A stretch of 64,000 nt of DNA from the human T2T-CHM13v2.0 reference genome, Homo sapiens (GCF_009914755.1 NC_060941.1); one strand, 5' to 3'. Shown: positions 20,311 to 35,085, counted from the stretch's first letter. Numbers and translations: made by a program. Notes: generated from the sequence alone by a model not told the origin.

Positions 20311-22319
20311 ATCTCTTGAATAGAACCCATGGTTCCTGATTTCACTCTCAAGAGGGTGTCATTATCTTTTTCCACTTTTTTTTTTTTTTTTTTGAGATGG
20401 AGTCTCACTCTGTCGCCCTTCTTCCACTTTTAAAGTGGAAAGTTTCCCTTTTCTATTATTTTCTTCAACCACATTTAAAGCAGGAACTGGGGACTGTACC
20501 TTCCTTTAGAACTAACCAGCTTTCTCAACCTACTGCTTGCCCAAAGAATGTTGGAGTCCAAAGGTTGTGTTTAGTCTGAAAGCATCACAGTTTTTGCTTT
20601 CTGGATTTTAAAAATCTAGGTATGGCTCCTTGGCAATTTAACTTTCTCAAAAACTTCTTGTTGTTTTTCTAAATCTATATGGTCCCAGTTAACTCTGTGT
20701 GCTAATACAATTCAGTATTTTTGAGATGTGCTTCTCTCTTTAGATTTAATTATATTACCTTGAATTAGCAGGCTTTCATCAGAAAGCAATGCACTCAAGC
20801 TCTTTTCTCTGAGCAATTTTGTCTGAAAGGATTTATTGGCTGACATCTTAGTTGATTCAGAGGTTTCCACCATAGGTTTAATAGCTACTTATTAACTGCC
20901 TCTTTGCCAAAGACTGAGTTTGAATTTCTGTCTTTGTTACCCAAAGACATTCTCAGATTTTTTATTAGTTGAAGAAGAGAAATATTTGCAACTTCTTATT
21001 CTAAAAGTCCAAAAATGTGTAGACCATTTTCTTCCCTTCCTGCTTGCAAAGAGTTTAGTGCTTTTCCAAGCACATTTTTCCTCCCACCTTTTGTATTACC
21101 CTACCTAGTAGCGATCAAACTATATTACTAGCTTCTGTTTCCTTACTTCTTCACTCAAATCCACAGGCTCATTTAATACATTATCTTCATTCTAAGTTAT
21201 TAAAGGTGACTGTTTTGTCCAGTCTTTCACTGCTACAAAACAGGGGTTGACATTTTCCCAGCCTCCAATAATATTTTCTTCATTGCCCATCACTCAGCCC
21301 TGGAACCAAAGCCACAATTTAAATTATTTTGTTATGCAGCATCCCACTCTAAGCACCAATTTCTGTATAAATCAGAACTAGCCAGATGTTGCTGTGGTAA
21401 CAAATTATCCCCAAAGTTTCCATGACTGTTTAAAAATAACAAATGTTAATTTATTTCTTAAACTATATGTCTGTTGTGGATCCCATTTGGCTCTACTCTT
21501 CATTGTTTTCATTCCAGGACCCAGACAAAGCAGCCAAATCTGGGTCATTGCCTATCTTATACCAGAAGGAAAAAAGAACATGGCAGAAACACTCAATGAC
21601 TCTTAAGAGTTCTTCTTGGAAGTAACACATGTTATGCCTGCTTATACTTCATTGATCATAACAAGTCACATTGCCAAGCCTGACACCAATTGGGCACAGA
21701 ATATGATCTACTTCTGGGTAGGGACATCAACCTTATCAAACAATATTTCAATTTATCACACCATCTTTTGCTCCAAGATGACTGTACCAGATTCTGGCAT
21801 CTTGTCAACATTTCAGCCAGCAGAAAAGAATTCACACTCTTTTCACGAGCACAATATGAAAATTATACACATTACCTTCCAATATTCCATTGGCCAGGCC
21901 TTGGGAACAAGCCATATCTATCTGCTTTGGAGCATGGGAAATACAGTTTGTGGTTTTTTGTTTTGGGGTATTTTTTTGTGTGTCTATCTTCCCCACTACC
22001 CCCAAAACCATACAGTTCTTACCTGGGCATCCCTATAGTGGGTTTTTTGTTTTGTTCTGTTTTTCTTTTTAATGTGGCCCAATAATTGTGTCTTACTTGG
22101 AATTTAGTCTCAACACTATTGAATAAATAACAAAAATCCAGTCTCCACTATAGGCTCTGCACAGCTGCCAATGCTAACGTGGAAGATGGCAAGGAGCCCT
22201 GTGCCTTGTCCTCTCACTCTGGGAGCACAGGCTGCAAGTTGGAAGGGCAACAAAAATGTTCTCTCTCCAGGTGTGAAACACAGTGGGCATGTAGAGCTGC
22301 GACACGGAGTGCCATACAA

Positions 22320-22333
22320 CTGCCATCTGCAGG
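22320..22333 (-). promoter_or_regulatory. Candidate CTCF site
   Basis: Minus-strand CCTGCAGATGGCAG fits the CTCF core CCWSYAGRKGGCRS. Confidence 0.45.
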
Positions 22334-23329
22334 GTCGAGGTGATGGATGCCTTTCTTGGGTGTCAAGCTGAAAACAAGAGAACTGTGTTGTCATCTGAGG
22401 AGAATGTAATCACTCCTTCCACAACTGTTGCATGTCCCTGTGGGTACAACAGAGCAATCACTGACCTCTCTGCCAGCAAGACTGGATGGTCTAAAGAATA
22501 AGAGACGGAGAGTAGCAGAAGGCTTTCTTAGTGCACTTGCCCTAACCCTTGGTGGATCTTGTTATCAAGTGTCCAACAAAGGCTGGAACATTCCAGGGGA
22601 TTAATTCTTCAAATAGGACACCATGAATCTGTCCTTTGGAAACTCATCAAGGCAGAATTTATAATTTCATCAGTTTTATTTTCAGGAATTCTCTACAATT
22701 AAGAAGATAATTTACTAAAAACAGTCTTTCCTACCTCTGAGGTGTGTGTCACACACACTGATTAGAAGTGCTATAGAAAAGAAAATTCCAAATCGAATGA
22801 CCTTCAAAATTTGCCTGTTAATACCCAGGTGTGGAAACAGTTCCATTCATTCAGAGAACTTTTGTATGCTTGTGGTTGATCAGTTTTAAAAAAAGAGAAT
22901 AGTAATAAATAAAGTACAGTTTAAAACCCAGAATGGGCAGGGTATGGTGGCTCATGCCTGTAATCCCAACAGGTGTGACTAGGATGAGAGGAGTGACACA
23001 GGGCCCGGCAAATGCAAAGTTGGATCCTCTCTTCATTTAGCATTTTTATATTTTATTCATCAGAAATGTTTGCATTAATTTTGATTTTAAAATATTGTTT
23101 ATCTTGGTCACTGAGAGGTGGTGTTTCTTTGGTGCCCCCTTCAATTTTGCACTAGCAGGTGCCTCACTCTCCTGCCTCACTCTCCTTACCCAGCCCTCCC
23201 CATAGGCTCATTGTCTTGAGTGCGGTGATGATTTCAAGGGATTCTACATAGGCCGATATCCATCATTTTGTACACTTTAAACAAGTGCAATTTCATGTAT
23301 ATCGATTATAGCTCAATACAGTTATTTTT

Positions 23330-24700
23330 ATAGTAATATATAAAGCAATAGAGCACAGGCTCTGTGCACTGGTCGCCTTTTCCCTGCAGCTGTGGTCTCC
23401 GTCCTAGTTTCTCGCATCTCCAGAATCCAAAGACCAAGACAATTCCCCAGGGTAATGCTGTCGGCGCAGGACCCGAGACTCCTGCTGCAGGCATCTTCTT
23501 TGGCTCCTCCTGAGGTGGGTGCTGCGCTCAGAGGCTTAGGCCCGCACCCACCTCCCTAACCCACGCCCCTCCGCAGCCGCCTGCTGCTCGCGCGCTGCAG
23601 AGATTGATGCCCACCCACCCCTTTTCCCGGCAGGCGAGGATTAGACGAGGTCCAACCCCAGGGGACGCTGGCCTTCAAGCCCACCAACAACTGGTCAGAG
23701 TGAGGATCCCCAGATCCGCCGGGATGAGGGGAGAATCTGAAGTTCGCAGGGTCTGCGAAAGAGGCTGGAGAAAGCTCATTTACAGAGAAAAAAAAAAGAC
23801 GCGGAACTGTCTTCAGGGCCCTCAGAAGTGGTTTAAATTCTCCGCAAGGAAACCGAGGCGGGTACTGAGGTCGGTCTCGCCCTTTCCAGGGCGCGCAGTG
23901 AGGTCACCCCGGGAACGGCTGTCACCGCGGGAGGAGAGCAGCCCAGGGAACTAAAGACGAGTCCAGTTACCAGGGAAATGTCCTGAACACGTGTGGTCAT
24001 CCCTGCCGGAATGAGGTTGAGTGATTCCTTAGGTCAGGCACTGCGGTTAAGTCCTGCAATCCCAGCAAATTCACAGGCAGAGGCAGAGGCGGGAGGATTT
24101 TTTTTTTTTTTAAATTAACCAGGCCTGGTGGCCCTAACCTGTAGTGCTAACTACTCAGGAAGCTAAGGCAGGAGGATCCCTTTAGCTCAGGAGTTGGAGG
24201 CTGCAGTGAGCCGTGATTGCGCCACTGCACTACAGCCTGGGCGACAGAGCTAGTTCCTGTTTCAAAAAAGAAAAAATTCCTCAAATGTTAATTATGAAAT
24301 ATTTCAGAAGTACGAAAAAGTGTACCACCACCGGCGCTACCACTTCCACTTTGGCAAGTGAAGCCCCACTACAATGGAAGCGTCGGGCGTATCCTCCCGG
24401 GCCTCTTTCCCTCCCTCCCCGGCCCTTCCCTCTTCCGATTTCCCTCCCGCCCTTTCCCCTCCCTCCCCTCCTGACCTCGACTTCCTTCCCTTCTCTGTCT
24501 AAGGGGCAGGGCGGAAGATCGAGCCTCAACGCTGCCCCACACCCACGCTGGATTTAAAGCCCACGCTGTAGGCGTCTGTCTCCGCGGTGGCAGCGTTTTC
24601 CTGTCCTCTCCAGGACTGGGAGAGTGCAGCGCTCCTCGTTCCCTTTCCTGGTGCAGGAAAGTGAGACCGCCTTCAGCCTTCTCTCTGCGCCTCCCTAGAC
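23330..24700. promoter_or_regulatory. Orphan CpG-rich island downstream of SLFN11
   Basis: Locally high CpG/GC in mostly non-repeat sequence; TATATAAA at 23337-23344; C-rich tract at 24393-24490. Confidence 0.55.
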
Positions 24701-24889
24701 CCTCATCTCTCCAGTGATTCTTATGGCCCTGCCCTGGGAGGGGGTCACCCATTCAGCAAAAAGTCACCGAGGGCCCAAAAGGTTTTGCCAGAGAAATAGG
24801 ACGGCTGAAAATGTTACCCTGATGGTACAAACGGAATAACCCCGTAGGCACACATAATTAGCTGTTTTCTGAGGGTATCAAAAGCCACT

Positions 24890-25315
24890 ATGGGTGGAGT
24901 GCCTCACGCCTGTAATCCCAGCACTTTGGGAGGCCAAGGTGAGAGGATCGCTTGAGGGGAGTTCAAGACGAGCGTGGACAATTCTGAGGGACCCCGTAGC
25001 TACAAAAAAAAAAAAAATTTTAGCCAAATATGGTGAGCATGCCTGTAGTACCAGCTACTGAGGAGCCTGAGGTGCGAAGATCACATGATCCCAGGAGTTT
25101 GAGACCAGCTTGGGCAACAAAGGGAGACCTCCTCTCTACAAAAAAGAGAAACAAAATTAGCCAGGCTTGGTGGCCAGCGCCTGTAGTCCTAACTACTCAG
25201 AAGGCTGAGGTGGGAGGATCCCTTGAGCCCAGAGTTTCCAGGCTGTAGTGACCGCACTCCAGCCTGGGCAACAGAGCAAGACCCTGTCTCAAAAAAAAAA
25301 GAAAAAAAAAGAAAA
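24890..25315 (+). mobile_element. Composite three-arm AluJ/FLAM structure
   Basis: Three successive Alu monomers separated by A-rich linkers. Confidence 0.7.
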
Positions 25316-25389
25316 GCCAATGCATACTGCTGGTGAGGCAGGATAGGTAGGCAAGGAAGTAACCATGTTTTCTGGAAGCAGCAGCCATG

Positions 25390-25970
25390 GTTATAAAATA
25401 ACTATCATATGATCCAGCAATCCCATTTCTGGTTAATTAAATTTCAATTGCAAGCACCCTTTTCTGGGTATATATCTAAAAGATGTGAAATCAGTATGTC
25501 AAAGAGGTATCTACGCTCCCATGTTCATTGTAGTATTGTTAATAATTACCAAGATGTGGAATTAAACTATCCATTGATGCATGAACAGATACAGAAAATG
25601 TGTTACATACACACATACACACACTCTCAAATACACACCACACAAAATGAAATACTCTTCAACCTTAGAAAAGAAGAAAATCCTGTCATTTGCAACAACA
25701 TGGATGAACTTGGAGGACATTAAGCTAAGTGAAATAAGCCAGGCACAGAAGGACAAATACTGCATGATTCCAATTATATGTGGAATCTAAAATAGTTGAA
25801 CTCATGGAAGCAGAGGGTAGAAGAATGCCAGGGGCCGGCTGGGGGACAAAGGTCAGGGAATGGGGAGATGTTGGTCAAAGGATACAAGGTTTCAGTTAGG
25901 ATGAATAAGTTCTGGAGATCAGTTGTACAGCATGGTGACTACAGAGAATAATAATGTATTGTATACTTAA
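25390..25970 (+). mobile_element. L1MA/MB 3' end
   Basis: ...ILSFATTWMNLEDIKLSEISQAQKDKY ORF2 terminus plus 3' UTR. Confidence 0.75.
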
Positions 25971-25979
25971 GGGTATTAG

Positions 25980-26350
<371 letters not shown>

Positions 26351-26989
26351 TATCTGTTATGACTTTTGCCAGATATCCTGTATATGCCTAATACTAGAAC
26401 AATCTGAGCATCTAAATAAATAATGTAGCGTTGGAATATAACACAAAGTATTAAATAAATATCTATAAGTCCATTCTTACAAGTAAATGAAGAATTCCAA
26501 ATAATTTATATAGATAAATTATTTTGTAGGATATATAGACATTGGCCCCCTCAAGAAAGTGGAGCTTCAATCCTCACCCTTTGAGTGTGAGCTGCACTTA
26601 GCAACATAGGAGGAAGGAAAAGTAACTTCACTGTAGAGAAACCTGGCAAACACTTCCTCTGTCAGCTGGTCAAGGTTGATATCATGAGTGATAAGGCATG
26701 TTGATAGCATATACCCTTGATGTGATGTGATGAGAATACCTCTTCATTCCTGTGGTCTTCCTCTTGAAAACCTATAACCCCAGTCTGAGAAAAAAATCAG
26801 ACAAACCCAAACTGAAGGACATTTTATTTGTAGATACCTGACCAGTACTCCTCAGAACTGTCCAGGTCATCAAAAATAAAGCATCACAGGTCAGAGGAGT
26901 GTAAGGAAACATGACCACTAAATGTAGTATGGTGTCCTGGATGGGATCCTGGAGTAGGCAAAGACATTAGAGAAAAACTAGAGAATCCA

Positions 26990-27349
<360 letters not shown>

Positions 27350-27424
27350 TCATGTACTAAGTAAGGTTGGTTCCTTAGTTGTGATGAATGCATCACAACA
27401 ATACAGTAATAAAACAGGGAAATA

Positions 27425-27763
27425 GCCACTGCAATGGCTCACACTTGTAATCCCAGCACTGTAGGAAGCCCACGCAGGAGGAATGCTTGAGCCTGGGAGT
27501 TTGAGACCAGCCTGGGCGACATAATAAGACCCCGTCCTCTACAAAATTTTTTTAAAAAATTAGCCAGGTGTAGTGGCATGCACCTGCAGTTCCAGCTTCT
27601 CAGCTAGTTGGGGTGAGAGGATCACTGGAGTCCAGGAGTTAAAGGCTGCAGTGAGCTGTGATCACCCAACTGTACTCCAACCTGGGTGAGAGAGCAAGAC
27701 CTTGTCAAAATAAAATAAAATAAAATAAAATAAAATAAAATAAAATAAAATAAATAAAATAAA
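27425..27763 (+). mobile_element. AluJ with (TAAAA)n tail
   Basis: Diverged Alu; pentamer tail at 27706-27763. Confidence 0.85.
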
Positions 27764-27908
27764 GAGGAAACTAAATGAAGGGGACACAGGAACTTTCTGT
27801 ACTATCTTTGTAACTTTTTCTGTAATTCTATAACTACTCTAAAATAAAAAGTTAATTTAAAATATAAAAACATTTTGTTTCATTTTATAATGGCTGGGTA
27901 GATTTTCA

Positions 27909-28160
<252 letters not shown>

Positions 28161-28264
28161 TTAATCTTTTACTGGCTCGTTTTGGCCCTCTCACAGAGTC
28201 ACTGGCCTCAGTCTTCTCCTTTTCCCCCATTTAAGCACTTATTTTACAAGACCATTTTTTTCAG

Positions 28265-28296
28265 TTTAATGAGACACAAACTCTCAACTTTTTATT
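28265..28296 (-). terminator. Polyadenylation signals for SLFN11
   Basis: Plus-strand tttatt at 28291-28296 and tttaat at 28265-28270. Confidence 0.6.
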
Positions 28297-28959
28297 TAAA
28301 ACAGAAATGCAGTAGTAAGCTAAACCTTTTGCCATTCATAGGGAAACAAATATCAGTAATCCTCTTTGTTCTAAACAAAAATTCATAATTATTTATACAT
28401 TTTAAAATATTATATTGTTTCAAATGTTGTTAGTGGGGCAATAAATCATAAAGAGATACAACCAGTCGAAATTAGACTTTTAAAGAATTACTCTCAAAGA
28501 CATTGCAACAACTCCAAAGTCCAGGGATCTTATAAGACTAATTTATTAGTAACAACATTTACAAAGATAGCTTTTTAATGCTGAGTTGTATCTGATTTAA
28601 TGCAGTCAGAAAGAAAAAAGAAACATTTATCTCATTTTGCTGATCTGTCAGATTTTGCTTAAGTTAGGAGAGCCTGCAATTTCAAGCCCAGATAACTGGA
28701 ATTCCATGAATAAACACAGAAAGACAGGAGAAAGGCAAGGAAGTTCAAAAATCACAGTCTGGGGGGAAATCAGTAGAGTAAGATTACCAATAAGTGAAAT
28801 ATTGGTCATATGATTTCTTAGTTTCCATTAGTTATGCAAATATTTTACTGTTAATATTTAGATTAGTGTTTTAGAACGTTTTGTAGAGACTGAAAAGCAA
28901 ATAAATAATTGCATTAGCATTGTTAAGTATCAGTGTTTTCTGTTTGACAAATAATCGTA

Positions 28960-29361
28960 CAGCTGTGTTCTCAGGCTGCAATAACAAAACACCAGAGACT
29001 GAGAAGCTGAAACAACAGAAATTTGTTTCTCACAGTCTGGAGGCTGGAAGTCCAAGACAGAGTCCAAGACTCTCGCCAGCAGCGAGAGTTTGATTGTGAG
29101 GCTTCTCCTCTTGGCTTGTAGGTGGCTGCCATCTCTCTGTGTGCTCCCATGCCCTCTTGTTTGCATGCACAGGGAGGGAGGGAACAAGCTCTCTGGGGTC
29201 TCTCCCTATAAGGACACCAACCTTAGCAGATCAGAGCCCCACCATGACTTCATGTAACCTTAATTACTTCCTTAGCAGCCCCAGCTCCACAGTGCAGGTT
29301 GGGGCTTCAACACGGGAATTTGGGGGTGAAGGGTGGGACACAAACATTCAGTCCATAACAA
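28960..29361 (-). mobile_element. MaLR LTR (MLT1B-like) inside the SLFN11 3' UTR
   Basis: Minus strand begins TGTTATGGACTGAATGTTTGTGTCCC, the MLT1 terminus. Confidence 0.75.
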
Positions 29362-30306
29362 TGGCCCACCAAACCATGAAAGTAAATAGAAAAAAAATCA
29401 CAGTTCAAGAATAACATAAAACTTAACTAGGTGTGTTATAGAGCAATGCATAGAACTAAGCTGAGAAGTTAAAACATAAACTCATTGATTTTTAAAGACA
29501 ATCTTTCCCAAGTCTGGTTCACCTTAGGGCTGATACACACCTTCAGAACCAGATTTTGGTCTCTAATATCATCTTCCACTGAAAGCCAGGGCAAACAGGT
29601 TTATGTTCATTTCATCTTGGCCTATAATTTCTCCTTAAAGTGACCATTAATATTCACTATCACAATTAAGGCTTGGTCTGGGCCATTCTGAGAACAAGCT
29701 CTGGAGACCACAATTTTAAAGGATTAAATAATCATAACGGTATTCTTTGTCCTGACAAAATTATTAATCTGACAGTGACTGAATTATCTTCGGACTCTCC
29801 CAAGCCCTAAATGAATACAGCAAAGATAAATGTCAAGAATTCAGGAAACAATTGCTTCTGCTACGGCCAGTAAGCTCCTAACAGACCATGCTTCTGCAGA
29901 AAACGATTCTGGACAAATTTTTAAAAGCAACAAACTGCATGAAGTCACTTAAAAAAAGAAGCCCAGCCTTGGAAGAAAGAAAGGCCACAGGCTGAGTTTC
30001 TTATTTTTATGGCTTTTACCCAAAATGCAAGACACAGATCGGCATTGTGCAGGACAGCTAAAGTTCCTTTAGAAAACCACCATCTTTCTGGCTGGAAGAG
30101 TCAGGGGTCAGAATGGGGGGCAGCCACCGCTGCTGAAAAGGGTTGGGGAAGGAACCCCTGAAAGGAGAGCCAGAAATGGGGGAGCTCCAAACTCTTTGTG
30201 TCAGCTCCGTCCAAATCTCTGACTTGTGAACTAAAAAGAAAGGTTTCTACCATCAGCAGACTGTCACCCATAGACATTTACATAGCATTTTGATTTGGAG
30301 TTCTTC

Positions 30307-31090
30307 CTAATGGCCACCCCACGGAAAAATATACAGGTGTTGTTTTGCCCTGGAAGCCAGACAGATCAGAACATTGGGTAAGATAGCTGGGTCAGCTGTC
30401 CTTGGATGGATCCCAAACACTATGCTCCTTTCCAGGCCTGAGAATCGCCGAACACTGTCCAACACAATGTGATCACCCAACATATCACATGCATCACTGA
30501 GCTGCACCACCCTTTTCTTCCTCATTGCTTTCAAGAGCTCATACTTATAGTGCTCCACTTCTTTTGCGGTGCTGACAAGCACAGCAACATCCTTTGGAGA
30601 ATAGCCCCTATCAAAGAAGCGCCTGCACGTGTCTGCCACACAGGTCATTATTTGCTCCACAGTCAAGTATTTCTTAATTCGTAAGGTTCCCTGAACACCC
30701 TGGGACCATTCGGCTTCAGGAAATACCTCGAGGCACCCAGTGGGGATGTTAAATGAAGGATTACTTCTAATTACTTGCATTTCTTTTTGTAAGTACTTGG
30801 CTATTGGATCTGCATTGCGAACTATTCTGGTGAGCTCTTCTCTTGGATATTGGTCTGAGAGAGGAGGGAGGCCACTGCAATCCAAGTGGCTGGTCTGAAA
30901 GTAATCCAGAAAGATCCAGAGAATTCCTGGGCCACCCTTTGCTCTCCGAGTGATGCTTTTTGCCTTCCCATACCAGTCCCCATCTTCAGTACGGAAATTC
31001 TGAGCTTCGTCAATGACGATGTGTTGAATGTGTTCAAAGTTTTCTCTTAGGAAAGTTTTCCGGGTCTCTGCTCGGCAGATATTTCTATCA
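30307..31090 (-). CDS. SLFN11: SLFN11 last coding exon (aa 641-901): SF1 helicase-like domain
   Basis: Acceptor ttttacAG (31092-31091); Walker B IVIDEAQ (D668/E669), K652, FSGLE, ASRAK; TAG at 30309-30307. The four exons total 2706 nt = 901 aa + stop. Confidence 0.99.
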
Positions 31091-31286
31091 CTGTAAAAAT
31101 TAAAAGAACACACTCAGGTTTTCTCTAAAAAAACAAGGGGAGAAAATAATTGTATCATGTTCCTCCGAGCACAGTACATTACCACAGATCATTTTACCAC
31201 TCAATTCTCAAGAAAGACGGTGACTTAGCAGAAAAAATTAAACCCAGATTAAATAATACTTAGAGACGTAAGATCCAACTGCTTAC

Positions 31287-32010
31287 CTGATAAAGTTCCT
31301 CAGAGGCTGGTTTTCACAAACGTAGAGAATTCTGTGTGCCTCACAGTGAAACACATTCCTGATCTTCTCCATGATCTTCATGGCCATGATGGTCTTCCCT
31401 GAGCCAGGTAAGCCGTGGACAAACAACTCTCTGTTCTTGCGGAGGCTTCTGGAGAATATCTCATACTGCTGGGCTGTGAGCAGATTTAAAACCTCACAGC
31501 CGAGCTGGTCACTCAAGAGAGACCTGAAGCCGAGTAAGACAATCACGAGGGACTGCAGCAGGGCTTCCATGTGCTGGGTGCCTGCAAGGCTATAGGACGC
31601 AGGGTAATCCATCGGAGACACTGCAGCCTCCAAGGCCTCTGCGCTGCTCTCAGGACTCAGGCAGAGGACCTTGGCCCTGACACACACCTTCCCGGTGTAG
31701 CCCCCCATGTTCACTAGCTTCTGCTTCAAAGTAAAGGCAGTGCGAGTGCAGTAGTCCTGGCCCTCTGCATCCTGCTCCCTGAGAATGGTGTAGAGAATGG
31801 GGGTGCTGTTCTGTGCTATCAGCAGAGCATCACAGATGACTCCTGGCTTCTCCTGCAAGTTCAGGTCCACAGCCCAACTTCTAGAGAAGATCAAAATTCC
31901 CCGAAAGAAAGGTTGCATTTGCTTATTTATTAACTCCTCTAGTCCTCTGTGCTCTGAGATCAGGTCCCTCCAGAGTGACTCTGGAGTATATCGCAAATAT
32001 CCTGGTGGGA
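31287..32010 (-). CDS. SLFN11: SLFN11 coding exon 3 (aa 400-641): SWAVDL linker and Walker A GLPGSGKT
   Basis: Acceptor catacAG (32012-32011), donor GTAAGC (31286); 724 nt; SRSWAVDL and GLPGSGKT motifs. Confidence 0.99.
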
Positions 32011-34745
32011 CTGTATGTGAAAAGAATGATAAATTAGAGGAAGAGAAATAACCCTATTGATTAAGATGACTAATTATAATTAACTAATTGATTAACTAAA
32101 TGATTACTTATAGAAGTTTCAAATACTATTTTATAAATATTATTATATTATAGTTATAAAGGAAAAGAACCCTTGGAATATCTGGTATACTTCATCTAAA
32201 CCCATGTGTTTTTTACAACTTATAACCTTGGGAAATTCCTTAGCCTAAGACTTTGCTGTCTCATCTGTAAAACAAAACTAAGAATAGCACATTTCCTATG
32301 AGGAGGAATAAATGAAATAACATAAAATGTTTGGCTCATTGTAGCTGCTTGAGAAATGTTGGTTCTCCTCCTCCCCTTTCTACTTTCAAAGTACCTGAAT
32401 CTCAAAATGCCCCATTGCTGGGAGTAGCAGGAGCCCCCCCTCCTCCACTGCCACAGGAAGAAGGTAGTCATTAACTCCATAGTTGCAGAGGAGAGGGAGT
32501 CATATTAAAACCTTTGTTGGCAGCGAATTTCCTGCAGTCCTGGACTGGAAGATTCTTAAAGCTATCTCTCCTGAAGCAGAATTCTTGCATCACTTAAAGA
32601 TCAACGTATGGCTCCCCACTACCACAAAAGTCTTCCCTGTGTCACAGGCAAACAAGAAATAATTATGTGACACGAGAATATACTTGCATTGGAGGATTAT
32701 GAACTTATTTCAATGATCAAGGGTTCCAAAGTGGGAGGGGGAGGAAGATAATTGTTGTCCTGTTGTGGTAGTGTTAGAGTACAAACCCAAATCAAGATTT
32801 GTAGTGGTAATTTCAAATGAAATTACCCAGATTTTATTGGTAATTGTTTCTTGTTCATTGTTGCTAGTGCTTTCTCATTCGTACCAGGTGCTCACACGAC
32901 TTGATTATCCCTGCAACCTAGATGACAGTAGGAGATAGCATCTATTATGAGACACATCCAGATTTTAGAGATGTTAAAATATAGGGGGAGATACACATCT
33001 TAGAATGGATAAAATAGGATAATTGAGTATATGTTTAAAATGAAGCTTTGGAAACCAAAGAAATGTAAAATAAGAAAATACATCATTTGTTGATTGTTAC
33101 CAGGGAATTTGCATGTATCTCTGGTCTTCACAAATTTTCCAAGGATGACATATTTATTCCCATCTTCATATGAGTAGATAAGGACTCAAAGAGGTCAAGT
33201 GAGAGCTGGGTGCAGTGCTATGGGCCTGTAGTTCCAGCTACTCAGGAGGCTGAGGTGGGAGGATTGCTTGAGCCAGGGAATTTAAGGCTGCAGTGAGCTA
33301 TGACTGCACCACTGCACTCTATCCTGGGCGACAGAGCAAGATACTGTCTCAAAAAATAAAAAATAAAAGAGATCAAGTGATTTGCCCAACATCACACCAC
33401 TAGGAAATGGCAGGGCGAGTCTGAACCCAAGTCTCTTGGACATCGGATCCTCTACTGTTTTTGCCCTGCCCTGCAAGTCACAGACTACTCCTGCCTGATA
33501 AATGGTAAAAGTCACTAAAACACTTGATGTTTATTTACCTTATCATTGCATAGGTCTTCTTTTTCTTTAATTGTATAATGGAGCATGCTTCTGAAGGAAA
33601 TTATAGGAAGATAAGAAGTGCTTCTTTCATTTCTTTGATATTCCACATAACAGTAATGATAGGGACCAGACTAGGTGTTCAATTAATGCCATCATTCCAG
33701 GTGCACCAGAGTAGTCACCACTCCCCATGTGATTTGAGGACTCTGTGCCTTTGCACAGGTGTGCTCTGAAACTCTGAAGACTTCCACCTTGATCACTTGA
33801 TAAACTCCTCACCCTCCCCAGAACTCCCATATTCATCCTTCTGTCCTCAGAGCTCCCACTTTGTATCCATTCTGGGAACTAATTTCACCATGGATCTAGG
33901 GAATCTTTAGAATCAGCAGTGAAGGGTCCAGGGCAGTTGTTCTCAAACCATAAGAAATCAATCAGGTGAGGTATCCTAAAGGTTTAGGACACCAAGAGGA
34001 AGAACACTGGAGCTGGCTGATTCTGACCTACTACACCAGGCCCTGACTATCTTTAGTACCAGTAACTCCAGTTATAGACAAAATTTCTATTTGAGACAAT
34101 CATTGCATTTCTTCCAAGAGAAGCACTGACAGCATTGATTCTGAAGCCAAATTATTGTCAATCAATGCTAATAATTAGTGTGCTAAGAACATCTTTATTC
34201 TTAATATCTGGATTCTAATTGTAAAAGTATAAACATAGTTTGTTTACCACCATTAATGTTCAAAATCTAATAACAATAACAGTGTTCCAAAAATGAAAAT
34301 TGTCTTTTAAAAAAATAACTTTAGTTAATATATTCCTATACCAAATACCCAAACACTCCTACTCTCATTTTCTTAATTTCCTGCCTTCCCAATCTCACCC
34401 TTCTCCCTTATCACAGATACTTTTAAGTTTCTTGCCTATTCTTCCGAAATTACTTTATGCAAATACAAACAAATATTCTGCCCTTTCTTTCCCAACAGGT
34501 AGCAAACCATTCAGCAACTACTTTTTTCTTCACTTAGCAATGTATGGTAGAGATCTTTCCATATCAATGCACAATTCCTTATTCTTTTCTTACAGCTATC
34601 TAACACAGTATTTTATGGATGTACCATATCTTGTTTGACCAGTCCCTATTGATGGGCCCTTGAGTTTTCCCTCCAGTCTTTTGCTATTATGTTAATACTA
34701 CAGTGAGTAACCTTGTATGTTTGGTGTGTATGTAAGCATATGTAG

Positions 34746-34747
<2 letters not shown>

Positions 34748-34785
<38 letters not shown>

Positions 34786-35085
34786 ATAAAATCCCAAAGG
34801 TTAAATGCATTTGTGATTCCAATATATTAATATATTGCCAAATTGTCCTCCAATGGAGTTGTACCAATATGGACTCCCACTAGCAATGTACAAGAAGGTG
34901 TGTTTCCCCACAACTAGCAAATAAGAGATAATGTCAGGTTTTTTCATTTTTTAACAATCCAGTAGACGGAAATAATTCTCCTTTTAATTTACATGTCTCT
35001 TATTTTGATTAATATTTAGCATCTTTTCAAATGTTTCAAAGCTGTATGAATTTTATTTTCTCTGGACTATCCGTGTTGATTTTTC

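Larger units (their letters stand above)
28260..30306 (-). other. SLFN11: SLFN11 3' UTR (~2 kb)
   Basis: Follows the stop codon; AATAAA (28296-28291) and ATTAAA (28270-28265) on the minus strand. The exact cleavage site is not visible. Confidence 0.75.

Noticed and set aside
21394-22394. Cluster of 60-140 aa ORFs
   Set aside because: Overlap decayed MaLR-like sequence; no motifs and no consistent exon structure.
23604-24752. ORFs of 82-127 aa in the downstream island
   Set aside because: Low-complexity or Alu-derived, mostly non-ATG starts.
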